A DNA stretch of 64,000 nucleotides from Methanotrichaceae archaeon (GTDB lineage Archaea > Halobacteriota > Methanosarcinia > Methanotrichales > Methanotrichaceae), in assembly GCA_963813075.1 (NCBI GenBank), contig CAWEXU010000006.1, positions 1 through 64,000 of the forward strand. Direction: 5' to 3'. This document shows positions 47,184 to 56,307 of this stretch, piece after piece. The position numbers were made by a program, and so were the translations under genes. The notes under the pieces were generated by a model. That model was not told the DNA's origin. It ran no database searches and worked only from the letters and a program-made list of their open reading frames with translations. How positions within the stretch are numbered: position 1 is the stretch's first letter; each line of letters begins with the position of its first letter.

Positions 47184-47273
47184 TTGATCTATATTTTATG
47201 CATGTTTCCTGATAAAGTTGATGCCTGGTCTTCATGATTTTAATTGTGCAGCGAAAAGAAGAATCAATAAATC

Positions 47274-47320
47274 CACGCAACCATGTCCCATCCCTCCCCA
47301 AAGGGGCGCGAGCCCTCGGG
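47274..47320 (+). repeat. Degenerate direct repeat, copy 1
   Basis: 36/47 ungapped identity (counted by hand) with 48151-48197. Confidence 0.7.
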
Positions 47321-47435
47321 AAAACAGCAAGATACTAGCTCAAACCGTAACTAGGGATTGCGGATTACTTCCTATCGCGAATACATAAAGCATGCTGCAT
47401 TATAGACGAACGAGATCAAAGGAGAAATTTCATTC

Positions 47436-47663
47436 TCAAAGCAGATCTTGCAGCTCTTCCCTTTTTATTCCTGCATCTTCCAGAATCTGTATGAATGTCC
47501 CTCTGGCAATATTCTGGTTGCTATGGTAAGGAACTGTGACCCTTCTCTTTGTCTCCGGATGAGCAAATATATAATGGCTCCCGGTGACTCTCTTCAGTAC
47601 GAAACCTTTCTTTTCAAGAATCGCCATGACTTTCTGAGGAGTTAGAGATGGCAGCTTAGGCAT
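47436..47663 (-). CDS. hicA: HicA-family mRNA interferase toxin
   Basis: LEKKGF..RVTGSH..F.HP..VTVPYH..I.RGT..IL..AG. Confidence 0.92.
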   Translation of the reverse strand: MPKLPSLTPQKVMAILEKKGFVLKRVTGSHYIFAHPETKRRVTVPYHSNQNIARGTFIQILEDAGIKREELQDLL

Positions 47664-47889
47664 GAGCCTCCACTGTCAACCTGCACTCGATGAGATCGTC
47701 TTCCACAGGAATTGCCTCGCCGTCCTCTATCAGGCTTTCAATATAGCCAACTATTGCATCCCTGGCCATCTCAATAGCCTCTTCCACCGTCTTTCCATAA
47801 GTGATGCACCCGGGAAGTGCCGGGACAAGAACGGTATAGCCGCCTTCAGGTTCCTTACGCAGAATGATTTTATAACTTAGAGTTCTCAT
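47656..47889 (-). CDS. hicB: HicB-family antitoxin (short form, hicBA order)
   Basis: EPEGGYTVLVPALPGCITYGKTVEEAIEMARDAI; overlaps the hicA start. Confidence 0.92.
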   Translation of the reverse strand: MRTLSYKIILRKEPEGGYTVLVPALPGCITYGKTVEEAIEMARDAIVGYIESLIEDGEAIPVEDDLIECRLTVEAHA

Positions 47890-48150
47890 ATTAATGTAGA
47901 CCTATGACAAATGAATTATATCTTACGGCCACTGTAGCATCATCCTAGTTATAGAAGGCAATGCTCCAGACGATTCCTAGTTTTTGGCTCTTCGTTGTAT
48001 CGAGTGGGTAGCGGGATAATTAACCCTGGTGGTTTACGGAATACGGAATAAAGCCGCAGAGGCGCAGAGTGGACGGAGGATCATAAAAAAATGTCGAATT
48101 CCTGTGACTTTTGCACGAACCCACACCAAATAGCGAGGAGCCAAAAGAAT

Positions 48151-48197
48151 CATGCAACCACGCCGCATCTTGTCCCATAGGGTCGTGAGCCCTCGGG
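48151..48197 (+). repeat. Degenerate direct repeat, copy 2
   Basis: Aligns with 47274-47320. Confidence 0.7.
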
Positions 48198-48434
48198 GGA
48201 ACCGACTGACATTCGCCCAGGCCGGAACCAGGGCTGCCTGATTACTGTCATCGCAAATCCAAGAAATCATGCTCCAGTCCTATCTCAACAGAGCACGGGC
48301 CGCAGGAAAACGCTATGGCGCTCATTTTTTCCAACCGGGCTCGAATCCCCAAATGGAGGCCGATAAACTATTTATGTCAGGAAAACCGAAAAACATATAG
48401 GAATTTAGAGCTTGAAGCATGTGGAGGTAAAATA

Positions 48435-48791
48435 ATGCCAAGTATAGTTCACTTCGAAATACCTTTTGATGACGGGCCGCGAGCAAAGACCTTCTACTCT
48501 AACCTTTTCGGATGGAAGATAGAAAGCATGCCTGGAATGGAATATAGCATGATAGACACCTTTGGCGCTCCCGGCGGTGGCATGATGAAGAGGGTGAATC
48601 CGCAACAGCAGATCCTAAACTACATCGGTGTGCCATCGGTGGATGAGTATTCAGAAAAAGTGAAGAAGCTGGGGGGCAAGGTCATAGTCCCCAAGATGGC
48701 TGTCCCGGGAATGGGTTACTTCGTGATCTGTCTGGATACCGAGAACAATGCCTTTGGCATCTGGGAGATGGACCCCAAAGCTAAGCTTTAA
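48435..48791 (+). CDS. VOC/glyoxalase family protein
   Basis: GGAGGT SD; IVHFEIP..RAKTFY..LFGW; DTENNAFGIWE. Confidence 0.9.
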   Translation: MPSIVHFEIPFDDGPRAKTFYSNLFGWKIESMPGMEYSMIDTFGAPGGGMMKRVNPQQQILNYIGVPSVDEYSEKVKKLGGKVIVPKMAVPGMGYFVICLDTENNAFGIWEMDPKAKL

Positions 48792-48833
48792 ACCAAACAG
48801 CAGATGATGGCATCATGAAGGCAAAAATAAAAT

Positions 48834-48971
48834 TTACTTAATCTTTTTTTGGAGCTTCTTGAGCTTCTTCTTGGCTGATTCGCTGCCTGTTGCTGCCTGT
48901 TTCGCAAGCTCCTCTGCCTTGGCCTTCTTCACTTTGTTCAGCTTCTCCAGCTGTTTCTTACTTACTGGCAT
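48834..48971 (-). CDS. 45-aa lysine-rich small protein (not in the ORF track)
   Basis: MPVSKKQLEKLNKVKKAKAEELAKQAATGSESAKKKLKKLQKKIK with a GAGGTGA SD just upstream. Confidence 0.75.
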   Translation of the reverse strand: MPVSKKQLEKLNKVKKAKAEELAKQAATGSESAKKKLKKLQKKIK

Positions 48972-49106
48972 GCGGTCACCTCTTCTTCGCCTCTGGCAGC
49001 CACTCTGAACCTCTTCCCTTTTAAGAATATCCCTGCGTTAATTCTGCCAGCCAGTATGTAGATGCTTCCATTCGAATATCTTCACCTATATCTTCACCTC
49101 CGGCCC

Positions 49107-49995
49107 TCAAGGCCTTGAGCGAGCCAACCTGTAGCTAGCATACCTGTAGCGAGCCAGAGTCTCGGGACCCCAAAGGATTACAACTGCTGCCGCCGTGATC
49201 GCCAGGAGGGCAAAGGCAATGACCGGATCGTAGTGCGAGCCGTAAATGGGAAATAAAACCAGCTCGCTGAGGTTGGAGCTGGCATGAAATGCGACCGCAG
49301 CGAATAGGCTCTTTCCTGTATTGTTGTAGATCCAGACGACTAGAACTCGCAGGACAACTGTGGCTCCACTCTGTGCCAAAAGCCAGATGGGAGCATTATG
49401 GCCCTGAATATAAGGCATCACATGCCAGACCGCCCAGACGATCCCCAGGATTATGCTGGCCTGGAAAGCCGATCGGCGGGCCTGCAATGGATCGGTGGCG
49501 TATCCCGTCCAGCCGATCTCCTCCCCGATCCCGCCAATAAAAAAAAGGGCGAAGAATACAGGCAGCAAATGAATAGGGAACTGAGGATCAGGGACTGGCA
49601 TCTCCGTCAGCTTCATCACTGCATACTCCAGTGCCATGAGAAAGGGCATCAAAAGAAAAATGGGCAAATACCAGACCTTTGCCTTAATTCTTTTGTAATC
49701 AAAGCACCTGCGAGAATTGCCGCTTTATGCCATTTGATCCTTCCTCTCTGTAAATGAGGATCAGTGCTGCGACCATCGGGCAGACGAGCACCAGCGCGCC
49801 TGCAGGTAGACTGAAGGGAAGTGGTAGCTCTTGCTCGGCTATATTTCCCGCCAGCCAAAATGGTGCGGATAGAATGAAAAGCAATAAAAGGAATCTGAGA
49901 GGTGACCTCTCAGCTGACCTCTCAGCTGACCTCTCAGTTGACCTGGCGAAATCATCACCTGGCTCAAATGTTCTCTCCCTGATACCTGCCCTCAT
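49107..49995 (-). CDS. CPBP/CAAX (Abi) family intramembrane metalloprotease (frameshift near 49700; start uncertain)
   Basis: GEEIGWTGY, WAVWH and FHASSN motifs. Confidence 0.82.
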
Positions 49996-50455
49996 ACACC
50001 TTCTCCGCCTCTTTTTCCAGCCTCATGAACACTAGCTGCATCAGCCGGGCGTTCCTCTTCAGCCGCAGCCCGGAGGGGTTGTGGACCACAAGCAGGCTCT
50101 GGCTCCGCCCCCGGTATCCCGGATCCCAGAGTGCGGTCTGGAGGCTTGCCCCGCAGCGCAGGAGGGTGGATCGGGCCCGGGCCAGGGCAGCCACGTCAAC
50201 GGGAATGCTGACGATCTCATTGAATGTCACCAGATATGCCCCAGGAGGAAGATCGATCCAGCCGGATTGGTCGAATTCCAGGGATTCTGTATCCGGCAGC
50301 TTTCGCTCGCTATTTTCAAAGGCCACAGCTCCTGAGGAGGTGAAACGCTCTATCTTTTGAACAGTCAGCTCCATGCCGCACATCTGCGTCTGCGTCTTCG
50401 GGTCTATCATTGATTCTATAAATCCCTGGGCCTCGCCGCCGGTAAGAATGCTCAC
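49964..50455 (-). CDS. dut: dUTP diphosphatase / dCTP deaminase family
   Basis: ARSTLLRCG, WDPGYRGR, RLMQLVF, YEGRYQGE. Confidence 0.88.
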   Translation of the reverse strand: MSILTGGEAQGFIESMIDPKTQTQMCGMELTVQKIERFTSSGAVAFENSERKLPDTESLEFDQSGWIDLPPGAYLVTFNEIVSIPVDVAALARARSTLLRCGASLQTALWDPGYRGRSQSLLVVHNPSGLRLKRNARLMQLVFMRLEKEAEKVYEGRYQGENI

Positions 50456-50610
50456 TTCAGATCACCTTGAATATCTCAATTCGGCACAATTTCCCATTAG
50501 ACATAAATATTGTGCACCATGATCCTTCATCAGAAAGCTCTATTAACCCTATGGCAGGATATATGCAGGTATAATCTGGGAGCCCGATAAACCTGTTCGA
50601 GATCTTAATT

Positions 50611-51360
50611 TTGCCCATCACAGTCATCATCCTGCTTCTCATCCTAGCTCTGCCCCTGATCTTCATATTCCTCTTTTTGCATCTCTCCCGCTCCGCCTTC
50701 GAGATGGTCGGCTTCAGCCATTGGACTGCCACCCTGGCCGTCTTCGGCAGCATTCTGGGAGGCATGGTGGACATCCCACTTATGGAAAATCCATTCGCCG
50801 CTTACCCTGATTGGTACATGGCAGCGATGAGCCAGTACCCGGCAGCATTTCCCACCACCTTTCATCCCCTCTATCTGGCGGTAAACGTAGGTGGCTGCAT
50901 CATACCTCTGGTCGTCTCCGCCCATCTCCTCCTCCGGGGCGGGACATCATTCAGCAAATCACTCCTCGGCATGGCGGTAGTAGCTGTCGTCACCTATTAT
51001 GCCGCAGAGGCCATTCCGGGTGAGGGAATAGTCCTGCCCGTCTGGCTTTCCCCTCTCCTGGCAGCAGTTGTGGGTCTGGTCCTGGCCGGGGGCTACCGCC
51101 GCTCTCCTCCGCTGGCCTATATCAGCGGCACCATAGGGACCCTGATAGGAGCGGACATACTCAGCCTGCTCACCCCGGGAATCCTGCCGGCCCTCTCGCC
51201 CCTGCGGCTCCTCAACCCTCAGCCGGTTGTACTGTCCATAGGCGGAGCAGGGGTTTTCGATGGCATCTTCCTCACCGGAATCATCGCTGTCCTCCTGGCA
51301 GCAGGGATCGTCTGCCTCTTTCGAGGATCGTGCGATGGAGTGAGCGGGGAATTGAAGTAA
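50611..51360 (+). CDS. DUF1614 membrane protein
   Basis: AVNVGGCIIP, GTLIGADI, SIGGAGVFDGIFLTG. Confidence 0.88.
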   Translation: MPITVIILLLILALPLIFIFLFLHLSRSAFEMVGFSHWTATLAVFGSILGGMVDIPLMENPFAAYPDWYMAAMSQYPAAFPTTFHPLYLAVNVGGCIIPLVVSAHLLLRGGTSFSKSLLGMAVVAVVTYYAAEAIPGEGIVLPVWLSPLLAAVVGLVLAGGYRRSPPLAYISGTIGTLIGADILSLLTPGILPALSPLRLLNPQPVVLSIGGAGVFDGIFLTGIIAVLLAAGIVCLFRGSCDGVSGELK

Positions 51361-51398
51361 ACCAAAAAAGGGGATTTATCGATCCGGATGGGGCCGGA

Positions 51399-51794
51399 TC
51401 AGCCGGCATTTATGCTGCCGATCTTCACCGGATAGATGAGCCTCTGGGCGATGTCGCCATTTTCCCAGGGCTGAAGGAGAAGAAGATAGACCTCTGTCTC
51501 TCCAGGGAATACTGCCCGATAGGTGAAGACCTTGGTCTCCGTTAATCCTGTCATCTCTGGACTGGCATTGGCCTGGTACGATCCGGTTCTCGCCAATGTC
51601 AGGAATTGGGGATCAAAGTCGCTCCACCAGCCAAATCCAGTTGAGGGATTCGAGGGGATGGTGATGTTGAACTCATCTCCAACATTTGCATTTATCACCG
51701 GCTCACAGGGTGCATTCTCGCATACGCTGCTGCCAAAAGCCAAAGCGATCATGGAGACGGCCAGGGCCAGGGCAGAGATTGCATATCGTTTCAT
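51399..51794 (-). CDS. Secreted chagasin-type (I42) cysteine protease inhibitor
   Basis: Signal peptide, SNPSTGFGW and QPWE loops. Confidence 0.85.
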   Translation of the reverse strand: MKRYAISALALAVSMIALAFGSSVCENAPCEPVINANVGDEFNITIPSNPSTGFGWWSDFDPQFLTLARTGSYQANASPEMTGLTETKVFTYRAVFPGETEVYLLLLQPWENGDIAQRLIYPVKIGSINAG

Positions 51795-51869
51795 ATATCT
51801 GACTCCTCCAAATTATGGTGATTTATGTTGATTTCTAGCCTTCTTTCTATTTAAGAGGATGTCTGCGAA

Positions 51870-52199
51870 CTATAGACCCACCTTACCGGTTCTGATTGTA
51901 TGAGCCTCTTCGACCGGCACCACGAAGATCCTGCCGTCGCCGATGGCACCCGTCCTGGCAGACTCCTCGATGATCCTGACAGCCTCCGATATCCTTCCCG
52001 CCTCCAGCACCATCATGAGCACCGTCTTTGGCATATCATAGCTTTCCCCGGCAACCACAATTCCCTTCTGCTTTCCCCGGCCGTATACATCAAAGCGGGT
52101 CATGGCAGGGAATCCTTCTGCCTTGAGAGCTCTGACCACCATATCCACCCTTTCCGGCCTTATCACCGCCCAGATCATCTTCATTAAATTAGAATCCAT
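51870..52199 (-). CDS. P-II family nitrogen regulator (NifI1-like short T-loop)
   Basis: IRPE, GRGKQKG, TGAIGDGRIFV, IRTG. Confidence 0.9.
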   Translation of the reverse strand: MDSNLMKMIWAVIRPERVDMVVRALKAEGFPAMTRFDVYGRGKQKGIVVAGESYDMPKTVLMMVLEAGRISEAVRIIEESARTGAIGDGRIFVVPVEEAHTIRTGKVGL

Positions 52200-52312
52200 G
52201 TGGATGAGTATATGGATCTATTTAAGAAAAATTAACAGGATTTCCGAGTTTTGCAGAAGAATTAAGAAATCGTCGGAAATGAGAGGTACAGAGGATAGTT
52301 GAGGTGGGGTGA

Positions 52313-52395
52313 GAAGCCGAAGAGGTTGAATCCGAAGAGGTTGAATCCGAAGAGGTCGAATCCGAAGAGAGTGAAGCCGAAGAGAGTGAAGCCGA
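52313..52395. repeat. About 5.5 copies of a 15-bp tandem repeat upstream of the RNase P RNA promoter
   Basis: GAA(T/G)CCGAAGAG(GTT/GTC/AGT) units with no spacers. Confidence 0.9.
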
Positions 52396-52437
52396 GTCAG
52401 CGAAGGCATTATAAACTGAAACAGGGATTCTTGATAA

Positions 52438-52747
52438 TGCGAGAGAGGAAGGACGGCTGCCGCTGGCCAACTCCGGCCGGTGTGGAAAGTCCCTCCACCA
52501 CTGGACACACAGACATCCCAAAGGATGTGGGGCGAGAGCTCCGGCTCTGGCACAGAAACGAGACCGCGCAGCGTTAAAGCTATGATGCCGGAAGGCTGAG
52601 GTCGCGCTGAATGCGGATGAAACGGCGAAACCCTGTGGGTGCAAGCCAAAATAGAGCTGCGAATTTGGACGTCCAGCCAAGCTCGGGTATGGCGCTAAGC
52701 TGAATGCCGTCATAGAACAGAAGGGGGCTTACTCTCCTCACTCGTAT
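52438..52747 (+). ncRNA. rnpB: Archaeal RNase P RNA
   Basis: GGAAAGTCCCTCC and ACAGAAGGGGGCTTA P4 elements, CAGAAA, GAAACGGC, GCAAG; TTATAAA box at ~52409. Confidence 0.93.
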
Positions 52748-52811
52748 ATCACACTTAATTCTTCTTCTCCCAGGCAAATCTTTATCCTATGACCGCCCTG
52801 CTCTGCAGCAA

Positions 52812-53582
52812 ATGGCCCGAAACCAGAAGGATCACTACTACCGTAAGGCTAAAGAGGAGGGCTACAGGGCCCGATCAGCCTACAAGCTCATGCAGATCAA
52901 TGAGAAGTTCAATGTCATAAAGAAAGGCGATTCCGTGGTCGACCTGGGAGCGGCTCCAGGCGGCTGGCTGCAGGTTGCTCAGAAGCTTTCAGGAGGAAAG
53001 GTGGTGGGAGTGGACCTGGAGGGCATCGCCCCCATTCCGGGAACTGTCACCTTCCGGGCGGACATCACCGCTCCGAGCACAGTGGACCTGGTAAAAGATG
53101 CCCTGGGCGGGGATGCGGACGTGGTGATATGCGACGCTGCTCCCAATCTATCCGGGGCCTGGGACAGAGATCATGCCATCTCCATAGACCTCGCGCGCTC
53201 CGCTCTCAAGATGGCCAAAATGCTCCTCCGGCCGCGAGGCAACTTCGTGGTCAAGGTCTTTCAGGGAGATATGTTCAACGACTACCTAAATGAGGTCAGG
53301 CGGGAGTTTGTCGTTGTTCATGCCCATTCGCCCGCCGCCTCCAGAAAGGAGAGTGCCGAGACCTATGTCGTGGGCAAGAAGCTTCTTTCTGCCCCGGTCC
53401 GCAAAGGGGATATGCTCAATGTCACTATAGACTCTATCGGCAAATCAGGTGACGGGGTAGCCATAGTGGAAGGCTTCGCGATCATTGTCAGGGGATCGAA
53501 GGCAAACGAGCAGCTCCGGGTTAAGATCGATGCCGTCCTGCCCAACTTCGCCTTTGCCAATATCCTGGAGAGAAAGAGTTAA
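52812..53582 (+). CDS. rlmE: 23S rRNA Um2552 methyltransferase with a C-terminal TRAM domain
   Basis: YRARSAYKL, VDLGAAPGGW, KVFQG, SRKESAE; TRAM motif GKSGDGVA. Confidence 0.95.
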   Translation: MARNQKDHYYRKAKEEGYRARSAYKLMQINEKFNVIKKGDSVVDLGAAPGGWLQVAQKLSGGKVVGVDLEGIAPIPGTVTFRADITAPSTVDLVKDALGGDADVVICDAAPNLSGAWDRDHAISIDLARSALKMAKMLLRPRGNFVVKVFQGDMFNDYLNEVRREFVVVHAHSPAASRKESAETYVVGKKLLSAPVRKGDMLNVTIDSIGKSGDGVAIVEGFAIIVRGSKANEQLRVKIDAVLPNFAFANILERKS

Positions 53583-53620
53583 TAACCTGCCCAAGAAAAG
53601 TAAACGGAAGGGGCTAGACC

Positions 53621-53899
53621 ATGGAAGACAATGCAGTGATTTTCATTGGAGACAAACCAGTCATGAACTATGTGCTGGCAGTGATGACCCAGTTCAATAA
53701 GCCAATTGCCAGTGTGATATTGAAAGCCAGAGGGCGAGCCATATCCCGCGCTGTGGACACGGCAGAGATAACCAGAAACAGGTTCATGCCCAATCTGGCT
53801 GTCACGGCCATAACCATCGGCACAGAATCCATTGCCAATGAGGAAGGAAAGACGGTGAATGTCTCTTCGATGGAGATAGTCCTGACCAAGCAGGAATGA
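53621..53899 (+). CDS. albA: DNA/RNA-binding protein Alba
   Basis: [26 protein letters not shown]. Confidence 0.95.
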   Translation: MEDNAVIFIGDKPVMNYVLAVMTQFNKPIASVILKARGRAISRAVDTAEITRNRFMPNLAVTAITIGTESIANEEGKTVNVSSMEIVLTKQE

Positions 53900-53979
53900 T
53901 TGATTTTAACAAATATTTTTATTCAGAATATTTTTCCTGGCAGGAAATAATTTATTGTCAAGGGGATTAAGGGGTAGAT

Positions 53980-55293
53980 GTGACAGTATTCAGAGCTTAT
54001 GATGTCAGAGGTGTCTACGGCACCGATCTCACAGAGGAGTTGGTGAATAGAGTTGGTGAATCCTTTGGATCTTATGCTGAAGGTGGCACAGTATCTTTGG
54101 GAAGAGATACCCGGATCAGCGGCCCAAGCCTCCAGAAGGCTTTCCTGGATGGTCTTCTGAGCACAGGCTGTCAGGTGAACAGTTTTGGCATCATCCCCAT
54201 TGCCATCATCAGCTTTATCACCTGGATGGAAAAGCTCAAAGCCGCGGCCTACATATCTGCATCTCACAATCCTCCGGAGTACAACGGCGTGCGTTTCAGG
54301 ACCTGTGACGGCTATGGCCTGCTTTATCAGGAGTCCTCTATCATGAAGTATTACCGGGAGGGCGGATTTCTCGCCGGCCAGGGGACCAAGACCGATCGAG
54401 ACCCGGAAGAGGCAATTGAGAGATACAGGGAGTATGTGCAGGATAAGGTGAACCTTATGCGCCCCCTCAAGGTGGTCCTGGATATGGGCAACGGCGCTGC
54501 CTGCACAATGGCCTCATTCTACCAGAGGCTTGGATTTGATCCCCTGATCTTGAACGGCACCGCAGACGGCCACTTTCCCGGTCGGGGTCCTGCACCCAAT
54601 GAAGAGTCCCTGCGCCCTGCCTGCCAGCAGGTACTGAAAAAGGAGGCGGACTTCGGAGTGGGATTCGATCCGGATGCTGACCGGGGAATCGTCATCGATG
54701 ACAAAGGAATGGTCCTGCCGCCGGAGAAGGTGGCGATCATTATCACCCGGGCAAGGTACAAGCCTGGTGACCTGGTCATCTCCGGCTTTGACTGCTCGAT
54801 GATCCTGGAGAGGGAGCTGGAAAAGGATGGCATCAAGGTGGTTCGAGAGAGGGTTGGCGACGTCTTTGTGGCCAACCGGGTGAAGAACTCGAAGGCGGTT
54901 TTAGGTGTGGAACGGAGCGGCCACTTCTTCCTGCCCGAGTTCCAGTACTCGGACGATCCCTTCGCCATGAGCCTCGCCCTGGCTGAGATCATATCCGGCG
55001 GGGAGAAGCTCTCAGATCTGGCCGCCATGATTCCAGATTACCCTTATAAGCAGATAAGTGTCCACCTCAAAGAGGACCCGTCAGCTGTGATGCTCCGCCT
55101 GACCGATTCCCTGGCCTCCCTTGAGCCGGACACAACGGACGGCTTGAAGATCACCACCGATAGCTACAGCGTCCTCATCAGGCCGAGCAACACCGAGCCC
55201 ATCATCCGGCTTTATATCGAGACCACAAAAGGGGATATGAAAGAGCTGGAGGATCAATACAATAATATCATCCACCAGGCGATGAAAGCGTGA
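53980..55293 (+). CDS. Phosphomannomutase/phosphoglucomutase family
   Basis: FRAYDVRG, SASHNPPEYNG, FDPDADR, GVERSGH, RPSNTEP. Confidence 0.93.
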   Translation: MTVFRAYDVRGVYGTDLTEELVNRVGESFGSYAEGGTVSLGRDTRISGPSLQKAFLDGLLSTGCQVNSFGIIPIAIISFITWMEKLKAAAYISASHNPPEYNGVRFRTCDGYGLLYQESSIMKYYREGGFLAGQGTKTDRDPEEAIERYREYVQDKVNLMRPLKVVLDMGNGAACTMASFYQRLGFDPLILNGTADGHFPGRGPAPNEESLRPACQQVLKKEADFGVGFDPDADRGIVIDDKGMVLPPEKVAIIITRARYKPGDLVISGFDCSMILERELEKDGIKVVRERVGDVFVANRVKNSKAVLGVERSGHFFLPEFQYSDDPFAMSLALAEIISGGEKLSDLAAMIPDYPYKQISVHLKEDPSAVMLRLTDSLASLEPDTTDGLKITTDSYSVLIRPSNTEPIIRLYIETTKGDMKELEDQYNNIIHQAMKA

Positions 55294-56201
55294 TCCAGAA
55301 AGACATCTGCATACTCATACCGACCCTCAATGAAGAGGAGTCAATCGAGCCCGTTATCCGGGATTTCCGAGAGCTGGGCTACGATAACATCCTGGTTGTG
55401 GACGGCCACAGCACCGATAAAACCGTGGAAAAGGCTAAAGCGGCAGGAGCACGGATATTCATCCAGTCCGGATCGGGCAAAGGCCAGGCCTTAAAGGAGG
55501 TATTCGGCCATATCAAAGAGAAATACATCCTCCTCATCGACGGCGACGGCACCTACCTCCCTCGGGAGGCGGCCCGGCTCCTGGAGCCTGTCCTGGAGGA
55601 TCGAGCAGATCACGTGGTGGGAGACAGGCTGGAGAACATCCAGGGTGGAGCCATTAAAAGGCTGAACATGTTCGGCAACAAGATGATCAACCGCTTCTTC
55701 GCCGCAATCTACCGGGTTCCTCTTCACGACATCCTCTCCGGCTACCGGGCTTTTACCACAGAAGGAATAAAGATGCTCGAGCTGTCCATGCCCGGCTTTG
55801 AGATCGAGTCGGAGATCACTATAGAGAGCGTTAAAAAGGGCCTGCGGATAGTCGAGGTGCCAATCACTTACCAGCCCCGGCCGGCAGGAACCAAGACCAA
55901 GCTGCATCCGTTCCGCGACGGCCTGAAGATCATTCTTACCATCTTCCGCATGGCCAAGACAGAAAACCCCATGTTCTACTTCGGCCTGATGGGCTCGTTC
56001 GTGGGATTGCTCGGCTTTTTGGTGGGCGTCTATGTGGCCAGAGACTGGCTTGTTTGGAGGATAGAGCATATTCCCCTCACCATTCTTACCGCCATTCTGA
56101 TCATCGTCGGCTTCCAGCTTTTCATGATCGGCATGCAAGGAGATATGATGGCCTCCATGCACCGGGAGATGATGAGAGAGCTCTATAGAAAAAGGAGATA
56201 G
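55290..56201 (+). CDS. aglJ: S-layer N-glycosylation GT2 glycosyltransferase, AglJ-like
   Basis: IPTLNEE, DGHSTD, DGDGTY, DILSGYRA, KLHPFRDG, two C-terminal transmembrane helices. Confidence 0.85.
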   Translation: MIQKDICILIPTLNEEESIEPVIRDFRELGYDNILVVDGHSTDKTVEKAKAAGARIFIQSGSGKGQALKEVFGHIKEKYILLIDGDGTYLPREAARLLEPVLEDRADHVVGDRLENIQGGAIKRLNMFGNKMINRFFAAIYRVPLHDILSGYRAFTTEGIKMLELSMPGFEIESEITIESVKKGLRIVEVPITYQPRPAGTKTKLHPFRDGLKIILTIFRMAKTENPMFYFGLMGSFVGLLGFLVGVYVARDWLVWRIEHIPLTILTAILIIVGFQLFMIGMQGDMMASMHREMMRELYRKRR

Positions 56202-56307
56202 CGATAGTCCGAAGATATAAAAATAGTTTTAGGATATAAAAGTTAAAACTATAAAATTCAAAGATATAAAAATTTTAAAAAATATATTGTTCCGCTAGAT
56301 GCCCTTT

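Noticed and set aside
52313..52395. Possible CRISPR array
   Set aside because: Contiguous 15-bp units with no unique spacers and no cas genes in the window
52218..52777. ORFs overlapping rnpB and the minisatellite
   Set aside because: Low-complexity translations of a repeat and a structural RNA
56205..56290. Repeated GATATAAAA motifs between aglJ and the giant surface gene
   Set aside because: AT-rich low-complexity sequence between convergent genes; consistent with minus-strand T-tract terminators
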